Assembly (NCBI RefSeq): GCF_035084215.1
Contig: NC_090365.1
Span: 8,308,001 to 8,372,000, forward strand
DNA from: Heptranchias perlo
Taxonomy: Eukaryota
Length of the DNA: 64,000 bases
Reading direction: 5' to 3'
Part shown: one piece after another, positions 1 to 11,087 of the stretch
How positions within the stretch are numbered: position 1 is the first letter of the stretch
Layout of the letters: every line of letters begins with the position of its first letter
Position numbers and translations under genes: made by a program
The notes under the pieces: model-generated
Database searches by the model: none
What the model was told of the DNA's origin: nothing
What the model saw: only the letters and a program-made list of their open reading frames with translations

Positions 1-1065
1 GGGTTCTAGACTCTCACCCACATGGAAATAGGGTTCTAGACCCTAACCCGCACCGAGATGGGGTTCTAGACCCTAACCCACATGGAAATAGGGTTCTAGA
101 CCCTAACCGACACTGCCTTGGGGCTTCAGATCTCGAACTCATCCTGGTTTAGGTTTCTGGAACTGTAAAGGTTGAGATTACCCCACATTATTGCATGTGT
201 TGTGATTGTTTGCTAATATTCAGGGATTGTTTGCTAGGGCAGCTCCCTAAATATTTATCAGTTAAATCTTGGTGTGTATGCACCTGACAGCTATGTGGTC
301 CATTGTTCTTTTTTGCAGATTGCTTGGAAGCTGTTTTCACCTGAATTCCTTATGTAATAAACCCACTGAATATTTTTACATTTAAGGATTTCATTTCCTC
401 TAGTGGCAATTGATTAACCTGCTCATGGTAAATAATTGCTTTGAGACAGTTTTACCTAGTTATTTTAACCAGTAGCAACCAGAGGAAATTAAAACTTTTC
501 TAATGAATAGTCCTGCTGGATAAATCCTAAATCCGAACACCAAGATCTTTTAACATCATAGGAACGGGAGTTGGCCATTCAGCCCCTCAAGTCTGCTCTG
601 ACATTCAATTAGATAATGGCTGATCTGCACCTCAACTCTATTTAACCGCCTTTGCTCCATATCTCTTGATACTCTCACCCCACAAAAATCTCAGTCTTGA
701 AAGCTCCAGTTCTCCCAGCATTCATGACCTTCTTGGGGGAGAGAATTCCAGATTTCTACTACCCTTTGTGTGAAAAAGTGCTTCCTGATTCCCTCCTAAA
801 CGGCCTGGCTCTAATTTTAAGATTGTGTCCCCTCATTCTTGATTCCCCCTCCAGAGGAAATAGTTTCTCCGTATCTGCCCTATCGAATCCTTTTAACTTT
901 TTAAACACCTCAATCAGATCACCCCTCAATCTTCTATCTTCAGATAGAATTGCCGAATTCTACAATGCAGAAGAAGGCCTTTCGGCCAATCGATACTGTA
1001 CTCTCTCTCTCTGAAAGAGCTCTCCTCATCATCAGCTTCCTCCTCCTGTAACCCTCAGTTGGTCC

Positions 1066-1692
1066 AGGAACTGTATTCCAGTGAGAGTCAGCACCTTCAG
1101 GAACTGTACTCCATTGAGAGTCAGCACCTTCAGGAACTGTATCCCAGTGAGAGTCAGCACTGTCAGGAACTGTATCCCAGAGAGAGTCAGCACCTTCAGG
1201 AACTGTACTCCATTGAGAGTCAGCACCTTCAGGAACTGTATCCCAATGAGAGTCAGCACTGTCAGGAACTGTATCCCAGAGAGAGTCAGCACCTTCAGGA
1301 ACTGTACTCCATTGAGAGTCAGCACCTTCAGGAACTGTATCCCAGTGAGAGTCAGCACCTTCAGCAACTGTATCCCAGTGAGAGTCAGCACCTTCAGGAA
1401 CTGTACTCCATTGAGAGTCAGCACCTTCAGGAACTGTATCCCAGTGAGAGTCAGCACCTTCAGGAACTGTATCCCAGTGAGAGTCAGCACCTTCAGGAAC
1501 TGTACTCCATTGAGAGTCAGCACCTTCAGAAACTGTACCCTAATGAGAGTCAGCACCTTCAGGAACTGTACCCCAGAGAGAGTCAGCACCTTCAGGAACT
1601 GTACTCCATTGAGAGTCAGCACCTTCAGAAACTGTATCCCAGTGAGAGTCAGCACCTTCAGGAACTGTATCCCAGTGAGGGTCAGCACCTTT
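1066..1692. repeat. 33-bp minisatellite (ccttcaggaactgtaccccagtgagagtcagca), ~19 units
   Basis: Direct tandem units; 11-aa periodic ORFs. Confidence 0.95.
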
Positions 1693-1965
1693 AGCTCAAA
1701 CATGAAGAATGGCCACTGATGTGAGGCACATTGTCATTCCTGGAGCTATACTGAGTAATAGTCGGGAGTTTTGCGGGGGTTGTGGGGGGGTTGTAATTGA
1801 GTGTGTGCTGGAGGAATGAGCAGTGATTTGTGAGAATATACAGATTAGAATGATGAGCCTCGCCTGGGGGCCTTGTTGTTCCAGTTTATGTAAAATGATG
1901 ATTTTAATGGCGATTATAATGCAAATCGCAGCTAATTATCTTGCTATTCTGAGCAGTTCCTCGGA

Positions 1966-2150
1966 ATGGCTTCTCCGGTGATGGTTGTGTGTCTCCCTCA
2001 GGGTCCTGGTGGACAGAGACGCGGCTTTAATCCGACCTTCCCATGATACCCTGCTCTCTCTCCTTCCTCCGTTCAAGCTTCAAACAACTGCTTCAGTTCC
2101 AGCCTCAATGTGCAAAACTCGCGATCTGTCTTCAGGGGACGCTTTTTCCG
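1966..2150 (+). pseudogene. Truncated duplicated GEMIN7 pseudogene (copy A)
   Basis: Reads MASPVMVVCLPQGPGGQRRGFNPTFP*(TGA 2044)YPALSPSSVQASNNC...SRSVFRGRF, then an L2 fragment. Upstream 1801-1965 is homologous to the GEMIN7 intron end and acceptor (20695-20869), so it is not processed. Confidence 0.88.
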
Positions 2151-3244
2151 GTTACACGTTGGGAAGACTGAAGCTGTCGTTTTCGGCCCCCGCCACAAAG
2201 TCCGTTCGCTCGCCACCGATTCCATCCCCCTCCCCGGCCACTCTCTCAGGCTGAACCCCACGGACTCTTTGCAATTTCCGTGTGCTTTTTGATCCTGAAC
2301 TGAGCTTCCGACCCCATATCCTCTCCATCACCAAGACCGCCTACTTCCACCTCCGTAACATCTCCCGCCTCAGCCCATCTGCTGCTGAAACTGTTATCTA
2401 TGCTTTTGTTACCGCCAGCCTCTACTCTTCCAACGCTCTCCTGGTCGGCCTCCCAACCTCTGCGAGCTTCAGCTTATCCAAAACTCTGCTGCTTTTGTCC
2501 TAATCCGCAACAAGTTCACCCATCACTCCTGCCCTTGCTGACCTACATTGGCTCCCGGTCCACCTTGCCTCCAATTTAAAAATTCTCATCCTCATGTTTA
2601 AAATCCTTTCATGGCCTCACCCCCTCGCTATCTCTCTAACATCCTCCAGCCCTACAAACACTTGCCCTCTCTTCAAGCTCTCTGTCCCTCTGATTCTGAA
2701 CCGTGCACAGTGCTCTAAGTTAAAGGTGATTTGTTGATTCGTTCATGGAATTTGGTAGAGGAGATAACTTGGAAGTGCCATTGCATATAAAGACAAAGCA
2801 GTTGATTTTGAGTGGCCCTCCCCTGACCTTAATGGAGCTGTAACAGCCTCAAAATGGGGTCAGTCGCCTTATAGCCCCATTAACACCAGCGATGCGGCTA
2901 TAGAGCGGGAGAGGGGAGCTGAGCGAGATCGGAGGCTGATAAAGGAGGGCCCGAGAGCGGGAGAGGGGAGCTGAGCGAGATCGGAGGCGGATAAAGGAGG
3001 GCCCGAGAGCGGGAGAGGGGAGCTGAGCGAGATCGGAGGCGGATAAAGGAGGGCCCGAGAGTTGACTAGGAGGAGGATCGAGGAGGAGGAGGATCGAGGA
3101 GGAGGATCGAGCTCCTGCAGCTGCTGGAGGCACGAAGTCACAGCCAACAGGGAAGTGATTGGCTGGTGACTGGTAAGTAGTTTTTCTTTCCTTTTTTTTC
3201 TCTTGACTTTATAGTTGTTGTTAAGCTAACTTAAGGGTTAAGTC

Positions 3245-4192
3245 ATGGCAGGAGATCCCAGACCCGTGTCATGTTCCTCTTGTGGGATGTGGGAATTCAG
3301 GGATCCTTCCTGTGTCCCTGGTTCCTTCACCTGCGGGAAGTGTGTCCAGCTGCAGCTACTGTTTGACCGCTTGACGGCTCTGGAGCTGCGGATGGACTCA
3401 CTGTGGAGCATCCGCGATGCTAAGGACGTCGTGGATAGCACGTTCAGTGAGTTGGTCACATTACAGATAAAAATTACTGAGGGAGATAGTGAATGGGTGA
3501 CCAACAGACAGAGGAAGAGTAGGAAGGCAGTGCAGGGGTCCCCTGCGGTCATCTCCCTCCAAAACAGGTATACCGTTTTGGATACTGTTGGGGGAGATGG
3601 CTCACCAGGGGAAGGTGACAGCGGCCAGGTTCATGGCACCATGGCTGGCTCTGCTGCACAGGAGGGCAGGAAAAAGAGTGGCAGAGCTATAGTGATAGGG
3701 GACTCGATTGTAAGGGGAATAGACAGGCGTTTCTGCGGACGCAACCGAGACTCCAGGATGGTATGTTGCCTCCCTGGTGCAAGGGTCAGGGATGTCTCGG
3801 AGCGGCTGCAGGACATTCTGGAGGGGGAGGGTGAACAGCCAGTTGTCGTGGTGCATATAGGTACCAACGATATAGGTAAAAAACGGGATGAGGTCCTACA
3901 AGCTGAATTTAGGGAGTTAGGAGTTAAACTAAAAAGTAGGACCTCAAAGGTCGTAATCTCAGGATTGCTACCAGTGCCATGGACTAGCCAGAGTAGGAAT
4001 GACAGGATAGCTAGGATGAATACGTGGCTTGAGAGATGGTGCAAGAGGGAGGGATTCAAATTCCTGGGCCATTGGAACCGGTTCTGGGGGAGGTGGGACC
4101 AGTACAAATTGTACGGTCTGCATCTGGGCAGGACTGGAACCAATGTCCTAGGAGGAGTGTTTGCTAGTGCTGTTGGGGAGGGTTTAAATTAA
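3245..4192 (+). CDS. CR1 ORF1p: CxxC-CxxC zinc finger/coiled coil plus SGNH esterase-like domain
   Basis: CSSC..CGKC, VIGDSIVR, CLPGA, HIGTND, xGLHL motifs. Confidence 0.9.
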   Translation: MAGDPRPVSCSSCGMWEFRDPSCVPGSFTCGKCVQLQLLFDRLTALELRMDSLWSIRDAKDVVDSTFSELVTLQIKITEGDSEWVTNRQRKSRKAVQGSPAVISLQNRYTVLDTVGGDGSPGEGDSGQVHGTMAGSAAQEGRKKSGRAIVIGDSIVRGIDRRFCGRNRDSRMVCCLPGARVRDVSERLQDILEGEGEQPVVVVHIGTNDIGKKRDEVLQAEFRELGVKLKSRTSKVVISGLLPVPWTSQSRNDRIARMNTWLERWCKREGFKFLGHWNRFWGRWDQYKLYGLHLGRTGTNVLGGVFASAVGEGLN

Positions 4193-4207
4193 TGTGGCAG
4201 GAAGTCA

Positions 4208-7120
4208 GTGGGAAGTAAAGTGGTGACAGAAACAAAAGGCAGTAAGGGAGAGTGTACAAAATATGACCGGACAGATGGCCTGAGAAAGCAGGGCAAAGAC
4301 CAAGGGAAGTCTAGATTAAACTGCATTTATTTCAATGCAAGAAGTCTGATGGGCAAGGCAGATGAACTCAGGGCATGGATGGGTACATGGGACTGGGATG
4401 TTATAGCTATTACTGAAACATGGCTAAGGGAGGGGCAGGACTGGCAGCTCAATGTTCCAGGGTACAGATGCTATAGGAAAGATAGAGCAGGAGGTAAGAG
4501 AGGAGGGGGAGTTGCGTTCTTGATTAGGGAGAACATCACGGCAGTCGTGAGAGGGGATATATCCGAGGGTTCGCCCACTGAGTCTATATGGGTAGAACTG
4601 AAAAATAAGAAGGGAGAGATCACTTTGATAGGATTGTACTACAGACCCCCAAATAGTCATCGGGAAATTGAGGAGCAAATATGTAAGGAGATTACAGACA
4701 GCTGCAAGAAAAATAGGGTGGTAATAGTAGGGGACTTTAACTTTCCCAACATTGACTGGGACAGCCATAGCATTAGGGGCTTGGATGGAGAGAAATTTGT
4801 TGAGTGTATTCAGGAGGAATTTCTCATTCAGTATGTGGATGGCCCAACTAGAGAGGGGGCAAAACTTGACCTCCTCTTGGGAAATAAGGAAGGGCAGGTG
4901 ACAGAAGTGTTAGTGAGGGATCACTTTGGGACCAGTGATCATAATTCCATTAGTTTTAAGATAGCTATGGAGAATGATAGGTCTGGCCCAAAAGTTAAAA
5001 TTCTAAATTGGGGAAAGGCCAATTTTGATGGTATTAGACAGGAACTTTCAGAAGTTGATTGGGAGAGTCTGTTGGCAGGCAAAGGGATGTCTGGTAAGTG
5101 GGAGGCTTTCAAAAGTGTGTTAGCCAGGGTTCAGGGTAAGCACTTTCCTTATAAAGTGAAGGGCAAGGCTGGTAGAAGTAGGGAACCTTGGAAGACTCGG
5201 GAGATTGAGGCCCTAGTCAAAAAGAAGAAGGAGGCATATGACATGCATAGGCAGCTGGGATCAAGTGGATCCCTTGAAGAGTATACAGATTGCCGGAGTA
5301 GAGTTAAGAGAGAAATCATGAGGGCAAAAAGGGGACATGAGATTGCTTTGGCAGATAAGGCAAAGGAGAATCCAAAGAGCTTCTACAAATACATAAAGGG
5401 CAAAAGAGTAACCAGGGAGAGAGTAGGGCCTCTTAAGGATCAACAAGGTCATCTATATGCGGAACCACAAGAGATGGGTGAGATCCTAAATGAATATTTC
5501 ACATCGGTATTTACGGTTGAGAAAGGCATGGATGTTAGGGAACTTGGGGAAATAAATAGTGATGTCTTGAGGAGTGTACATATTACAGAGAGGGAGGTGC
5601 TGGAAGTCTTAACGCGCATCAAGGTAGATAAATCTCCGGGACCTGATGAAATGTATCCCAGGACGTTATGGGAGGTTAGGGAGGAAATTGCGGGTCCCCT
5701 AGCAGAGATATTTGAATCATCGACAGCTACAGGTGAGGTGCCTGAAGATTGGAGGGTAGCAAATGTTGTGCCTTTGTTTAAGAAGGGTGGCAGGGAAAAG
5801 CTCGGGAACTACAGACTGGTGAGCCTGTCATCTGTTGTGGGTAAGTTGTTAGAGGGTATTCTGAGAGACAGGATCTACAGGCATCTGGAGAGGCAGGGAC
5901 TGATTAGGAACAGTCAGCGTGGTTTTGTGAGTGGAAAATCATGTCTCACGAATTTGATTGAGTTTTTTGAAGGGGTAACCAAGAAGATAGATGAGGGCTG
6001 TGCAGTAGACGTGGTCTACATGGACTTCAGCAAAGCCTTTGACAAGGTACCGCATGGTAGGTTGTTAAATAAGGTTAAATCTCACTGGATCCAAGGTGAG
6101 GTAGCCAATTGGATACAAAATTGGATTGACGACAGAAGACAGAGGGTGGTTGTAGAGGGTTGTTTTTCAAACTGGAGGCCTGTGACCAGCGGTGTGCCTC
6201 AGGGATCGGTGCTGGGTCCGCTGTTATTTGTTATTTATATTAATGATTTGGATGAGAATTTAGGAGGCATGGTTAGTAAGTTTGCAGATGACACCAAGAT
6301 TGGTGGCATTGTGGACAGTGAAGAAGGTTATCTAGGATTGCAACGGGATCTTGATAAATTGGGCCAGTGGGCCGATGAATGGCAGATGGAGTTTAATTTA
6401 GAAAAATGTGAGGTGATGCATTTTGGTAGATCGAATCGGGCCAGGACCTACTCCGTTAATGGTAGGGCGTTGGGGAGAGTTATAGAACAAAGAGATCTAG
6501 GAGTACAGGTTCATAGCTCCTTGAAAGTGGAGTCACAGGTGGATAGGGTGGTGAAGAAGGCATTCAGCATGCTTGGTTTCATTGGTCAGAACATTGAATA
6601 CAGGAGTTGGGATGTCTTGTTGAAGTTGTACAAGACATTAGTAAGGCCACACTTGGAATACTGTGTACAGTTCTGGTCACCCTATTATAGAAAGGATATT
6701 ATTAAACTAGAAAGAGTGCAGAAAAGATTTACTAGGATGCTACTGGGACTTGATGGTTTGACTTATAGGGAGAGGTTGGATAGACTGAGACTATTTTCCC
6801 TGGAGAGTAGGAGGTTTAGGGGTGATCTTATAGAAGTCTATAAAATAATGAGGGGCATAGATAAGGTAGATAGTCAAAATCTTTTCCCAAAGGTAGAGGA
6901 GTCTATAACGAGGGGGCATAGATTTAAGGTGAGAGGGGAGAGATACAAAAGGGTCCAGAGGGGCAATTTTTTCACTCAAAGGGTGGTGAGTGTCTGGAAC
7001 GAGCTGCCAGAGGCAGTAGTGGAGGCGGGTACAATTTTGTCTTTTAAAAAGCATTTGGACAGTTACATGGGTAAGATGGGTATGGAGGGATATGGGCCAA
7101 GTGCAGGCAATTGGGACTAG
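4208..7120 (+). CDS. CR1 ORF2p: APE endonuclease plus reverse transcriptase, uninterrupted
   Basis: YFNARS, ITETW, YRPP, GDFN, SDH (APE); DFSKAFD, GVPQGSVLGP, FADD (RT). True start unclear, no AUG upstream of the APE domain. Confidence 0.93.
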   Translation: MGSKVVTETKGSKGECTKYDRTDGLRKQGKDQGKSRLNCIYFNARSLMGKADELRAWMGTWDWDVIAITETWLREGQDWQLNVPGYRCYRKDRAGGKRGGGVAFLIRENITAVVRGDISEGSPTESIWVELKNKKGEITLIGLYYRPPNSHREIEEQICKEITDSCKKNRVVIVGDFNFPNIDWDSHSIRGLDGEKFVECIQEEFLIQYVDGPTREGAKLDLLLGNKEGQVTEVLVRDHFGTSDHNSISFKIAMENDRSGPKVKILNWGKANFDGIRQELSEVDWESLLAGKGMSGKWEAFKSVLARVQGKHFPYKVKGKAGRSREPWKTREIEALVKKKKEAYDMHRQLGSSGSLEEYTDCRSRVKREIMRAKRGHEIALADKAKENPKSFYKYIKGKRVTRERVGPLKDQQGHLYAEPQEMGEILNEYFTSVFTVEKGMDVRELGEINSDVLRSVHITEREVLEVLTRIKVDKSPGPDEMYPRTLWEVREEIAGPLAEIFESSTATGEVPEDWRVANVVPLFKKGGREKLGNYRLVSLSSVVGKLLEGILRDRIYRHLERQGLIRNSQRGFVSGKSCLTNLIEFFEGVTKKIDEGCAVDVVYMDFSKAFDKVPHGRLLNKVKSHWIQGEVANWIQNWIDDRRQRVVVEGCFSNWRPVTSGVPQGSVLGPLLFVIYINDLDENLGGMVSKFADDTKIGGIVDSEEGYLGLQRDLDKLGQWADEWQMEFNLEKCEVMHFGRSNRARTYSVNGRALGRVIEQRDLGVQVHSSLKVESQVDRVVKKAFSMLGFIGQNIEYRSWDVLLKLYKTLVRPHLEYCVQFWSPYYRKDIIKLERVQKRFTRMLLGLDGLTYRERLDRLRLFSLESRRFRGDLIEVYKIMRGIDKVDSQNLFPKVEESITRGHRFKVRGERYKRVQRGNFFTQRVVSVWNELPEAVVEAGTILSFKKHLDSYMGKMGMEGYGPSAGNWD

Positions 7121-7754
7121 CTTAGTGGTATAAACTGGGCGACATGGACATGTTGGGCCGAAGGGCCTGTTTCCATGTTGTAAACTTCTGTGATTCTATG
7201 ATTCTATAAAGTCAAAGTCCTTGCAGAGGAAAGGGGGGCACCGCAGGGACTGGAGTGTATAGTCGATGCAGGAAATTGTATTATTATTTAATTTGATAAA
7301 TTTCCTTTTTTCTTTTGTATGATTTGGGTGTTTATTATTAGCACTCCTTTAAAAAGGGGGCATTTTGTTCGAATTTTTTTAGGGGCTACCCAGTGTCTCC
7401 TTATTGTTCAATTAGTTGTGTCAGTTCTGGCTCAGTGGGTAGCATTCTTGCCTCTAAATCACAAAGGTCATGGGTTCGCATCCAACTCGAGAGACTCAAA
7501 CACAAAATCTAGGCTTACACTCCAGTGCAGTTCTGAGAGAGTGCTGTACTGTTGGAGGTGCCGTCTTTCAGATGAGATGTTAAACCAATGCCCTGTCTGC
7601 CCGCTCAGGTAGATGTAAAAGATCCCATGGCACTATTTTGAAGGGGAGCTGAACAAACTGCCCAGCAAGCACCCCCTGCAGCTACCTACCACAGCGGGCG
7701 TGCTTAACCCTCAAGCTGCTGCTCGCAGTGCTTCTTCTACCGGTCGCAAGGTGT

Positions 7755-8657
7755 TTTTTAAAAATTTGTTCATGGGATGTGGGCGTCGCTGGCGAGGCCG
7801 GCATTTGTTCCCCATCCCTAATTGCCCTTGAGAAGCTGGTGGTGAGCCGCCTTCTTGAACCGCTGCAGTCCGTGTGGTGAAGGTTCTCCCACAGTGCTGT
7901 TGGGAAGGGAGTTCCAGGATTTTGACCCAGCGACGATGAAGGAACGGCCGATATATTTCCAAGTCGGGATGGTGTGTGACTTGGGGGGGAACGAGCAGGT
8001 GGTGGTGTTCCCATGTGCCTGCTGCTCTTGTGCTTCTAGGTGATAGAGGTCGCGGGTTTGGGAGGTGCTGTCGAAGAAGCCTTGGCGAGTTGCTGCAGTG
8101 CATCCTGTGGATGGTGCACACTGCAGCCACAGTGCGCCGGTGGTGAAGGGAGTGAATGTTTAGGGTGGTGGATGGGGTGCCAATCAAGCGGGCTGCTTTG
8201 TCCTGGATGGTGTCGAGCTTCTTGTGTATTGTTGGAGCTGGACTCATCCAGGCAAGTGGAGAGTATTCCATCACACTCCTGACTTGTGCCTTGTAGATGG
8301 TGGAAAGGCTTTGGGGAGTCAGGAGGTGAGTCACTCGCCGCAGAATACCCAGCCTCTGACCTGCTCTTGCAGCCACAGTATTTATATGGCTGGTCCAGTT
8401 AAGTTTCTGGTCAATGGTGACCCCTAGGATGTTGATGGTGGGGGATTCGGCAATGGTAATGGCTTTGAATGTCAAGGGGAGGTGGTTAGACTCTCTCTTT
8501 TTGGAGATGATCATTGCCTGGCACTTGTCTGGCGCGAATGTTACTTGCCACTTATCAGCCCAAGCCTGGATGTTATCCAGGGCTTTCTGCATGCGGGCTT
8601 GGACTGCTTCATTATTTGAGGGGTTGCGAATGGAACTGAACACCGTGCAATCATCAG
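7755..8657 (-). mobile_element. 5'-truncated non-LTR retrotransposon (RT C-terminus and 3' UTR), clade not assigned
   Basis: ORF 7711..8643 is an RT tail (WADKWQVTFAPDKC, ILGVTIDQKL, YKAQVRSVMEY). Same family 3' ends at 50253-50376 (-) and 62735-63086 (+). Confidence 0.85.
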
Positions 8658-11087
8658 TGTCATTCAGCGTCGAGGCAACGGGACCCTTTCCAAAGACTGA
8701 TAGTGGCTCCGTTTATTTAGATTTATTCTTTGTTAAATGTACTGTTGTAATCAAGACTGCTGGATGCCAACAAATTGGTTGGGCCTGTTGTATTTTATTC
8801 TGTTTACCCAGGCTTAATCTGAAGGTTTCATCCCCATTCCTAAGCAGATACTCATTCACCCTGCTTTATGAAACAATTAGTTGACATCATATTAATGGCT
8901 TTTTCTGACACGTACTCACCAATCTGAATGTCTTGCTCAAGTGTTGACCTGCGACCTTCTGTTCTGTTCTCCTTCTCCTGGTTAAACACCCAGCTTGCAT
9001 CTCCACCGCCCTTTCCTCTCGGCATTTTACAGAGTCGGATCCGCCTCCCCATCTCAGTCTCCTTTTCTGTAACGAGGACCAGTTCAGTTCTGAGAGTCTT
9101 CCCTCAAAACTCTGAGCCCTCGGATCCCAGAATCAACAACAACAACAGCTGCATTTATATAGTGCCTTTAATGCAGTAAAACGTCCCAAGGTGCTTTACA
9201 GGAGCGATTATCAAACAATATTTGACACTGAGCCACATAAAGAAATATTAGGACAGGTGACCAAAAGCTTGGTCAAGGAGGTCAGTTTAATCATCTCCAA
9301 CGCTCGTTCATGAACCATCTCCAATATACTGATGGCGCCCTAAACTGCATGCAAAATTCCTAATGAGCTTCGCTCAAACTGTATTCAAGACTGCGAGGAG
9401 TTCTGACAAGATAAATAGAGACATCCACTGGTCAGCAAGAGAGGAATTTAAAATAATCACAAAAAGAATTAAGGTGCGGTTCGAAAAATTTCTTTACACA
9501 GAGGGTGGTTGGAATTCTCAGCTATAAATTGTTGTTGAAACAGAGCCCATCAATTCTTTAAAAAGTGAATTAATTGCATGAAAAACAGGAATATTAAAGT
9601 GTGTGGGGACTGAGCAGGAGATTGGAATTAGACTGGGGGGATATTAAAATGTGTGGGGAGTGAGCAGGAGAGTGATATTAGACTGGGTGAGATATTAAAG
9701 TTACCTACGCTGACCAAGGGTTTTAGACCTCAACTCACACTGAAATAAGGTTCTAGACTCTAACCCACAATGAAATAGGTTTCTAGACCCTAACCCTCAC
9801 CGAGATGGGGTTCTAGACTCTCACCCACATGGAAATACAGCTCTAGTCCCTAACCCACACTGCCTTGGGGCTTCAGATCTCTAACTCATCCTGGTTTAGG
9901 TTTCTGGAACTGTAAAGGTTGAGATTGCCCCACATTATTGCATGTGTTGTGATTGTTTGCTAATATTCAGGGATTGTTTGCTAGGGCAGCTCCCTAAATA
10001 TTTATCAGTTAAATCTTGGTGTGTATGCACCTGACAGCTATGTGGTCCATTGTCCTTTTTTGCAGATTTCTTAGAAGCTGTTTTCACCTGAATTCCTTAT
10101 GTAATAAACCCACTGAATATTTTTACATTTAAGGATTTCATTTCCTCTAGTGGCAATTGATTAACCTGCTCATGGTAAATAATTGCTTTAAGACAGTTTT
10201 ACCTACTTATTTTAACCAGTAGCAACCAGAGGAAATTAAAACTTTTCTAATGAATAGTCCTGCTGGATAAATCCTAAATCCGAACACCAAGATCTTTTAA
10301 CATCATAAGAATGGGAGTTGGCCATTCAGCCCCTCAAGTCTGCTCTGACATTCAATTAGATAATGGCTGATCTGCACCTCAACCCTTTGCTCCATATCTC
10401 TTGATACTCTAACTCCACAAAAATCTCAGTCTTGAAAGCTCCAGTTCTCCCAGCATTCATGATCTTCTTGGGGGAGAGAATTCCAGATTTCTACTACCCT
10501 TTGTGTGAAAAAGTGCTTCCTGATTCCCTCCTAAATGGCCTGGCTCTAATTTTAAGATTGTGTCCCCTCGTTCTTGATTCCCCCTCCAGAGGAAATAGTC
10601 CCTCCGTATCTGCCCTATCGAATCCTTTTAACACCTCAATCAGATCACCCCTCAATCTTCTATCTTCAGATAGAATTGCCGAATTCTACAGAACAGAAGA
10701 AGGCCATTCGGCCAATCGATACTGTACTCTCTCTCTCTGAAAGAGCTCTCCACTCAGACCCATTCCCCTGCTCTTTCCCTAAACTCTTTAAAATGATTCT
10801 TTTAAATGCATTTATCCACTTCCCTTTTAAAGGCTATTACGGATTCTGCTTTCCCCGCAGTTTCTGGTCGAGTAATCCATGTTCTAACAACCCTCCGCAC
10901 AAGAAAAATATTTCACCTATCTCTCCCATTGTTTGTTGGTGATGATCTTAAAGTCATGACTTCCAGATACTGTACTTACTGCCCAGTGCTATCGCTGAGC
11001 CAAGGCTGGCACCTGCCAAGTAGTTGTTTCTCTGCTCTGCCTCCTCCTCATCATCAGCTTCCTCCTCCTGTAACTCTCAGTTGGTCC

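Larger units (their letters stand above)
2903..7207 (+). mobile_element. Apparently full-length CR1-clade LINE
   Basis: 5' UTR with three ~52-bp tandem repeats (2903-3060), ORF1, ORF2, short 3' UTR ending in CR1-type 8-mer tail (ttctgtgattctatgattctat). Confidence 0.93.

Noticed and set aside
2715-2902. Coding exon split by the CR1 insertion
   Set aside because: The rejoined sequence has stops in the frames examined and no recognisable protein. It may be a non-coding element, but this cannot be supported without alignments.
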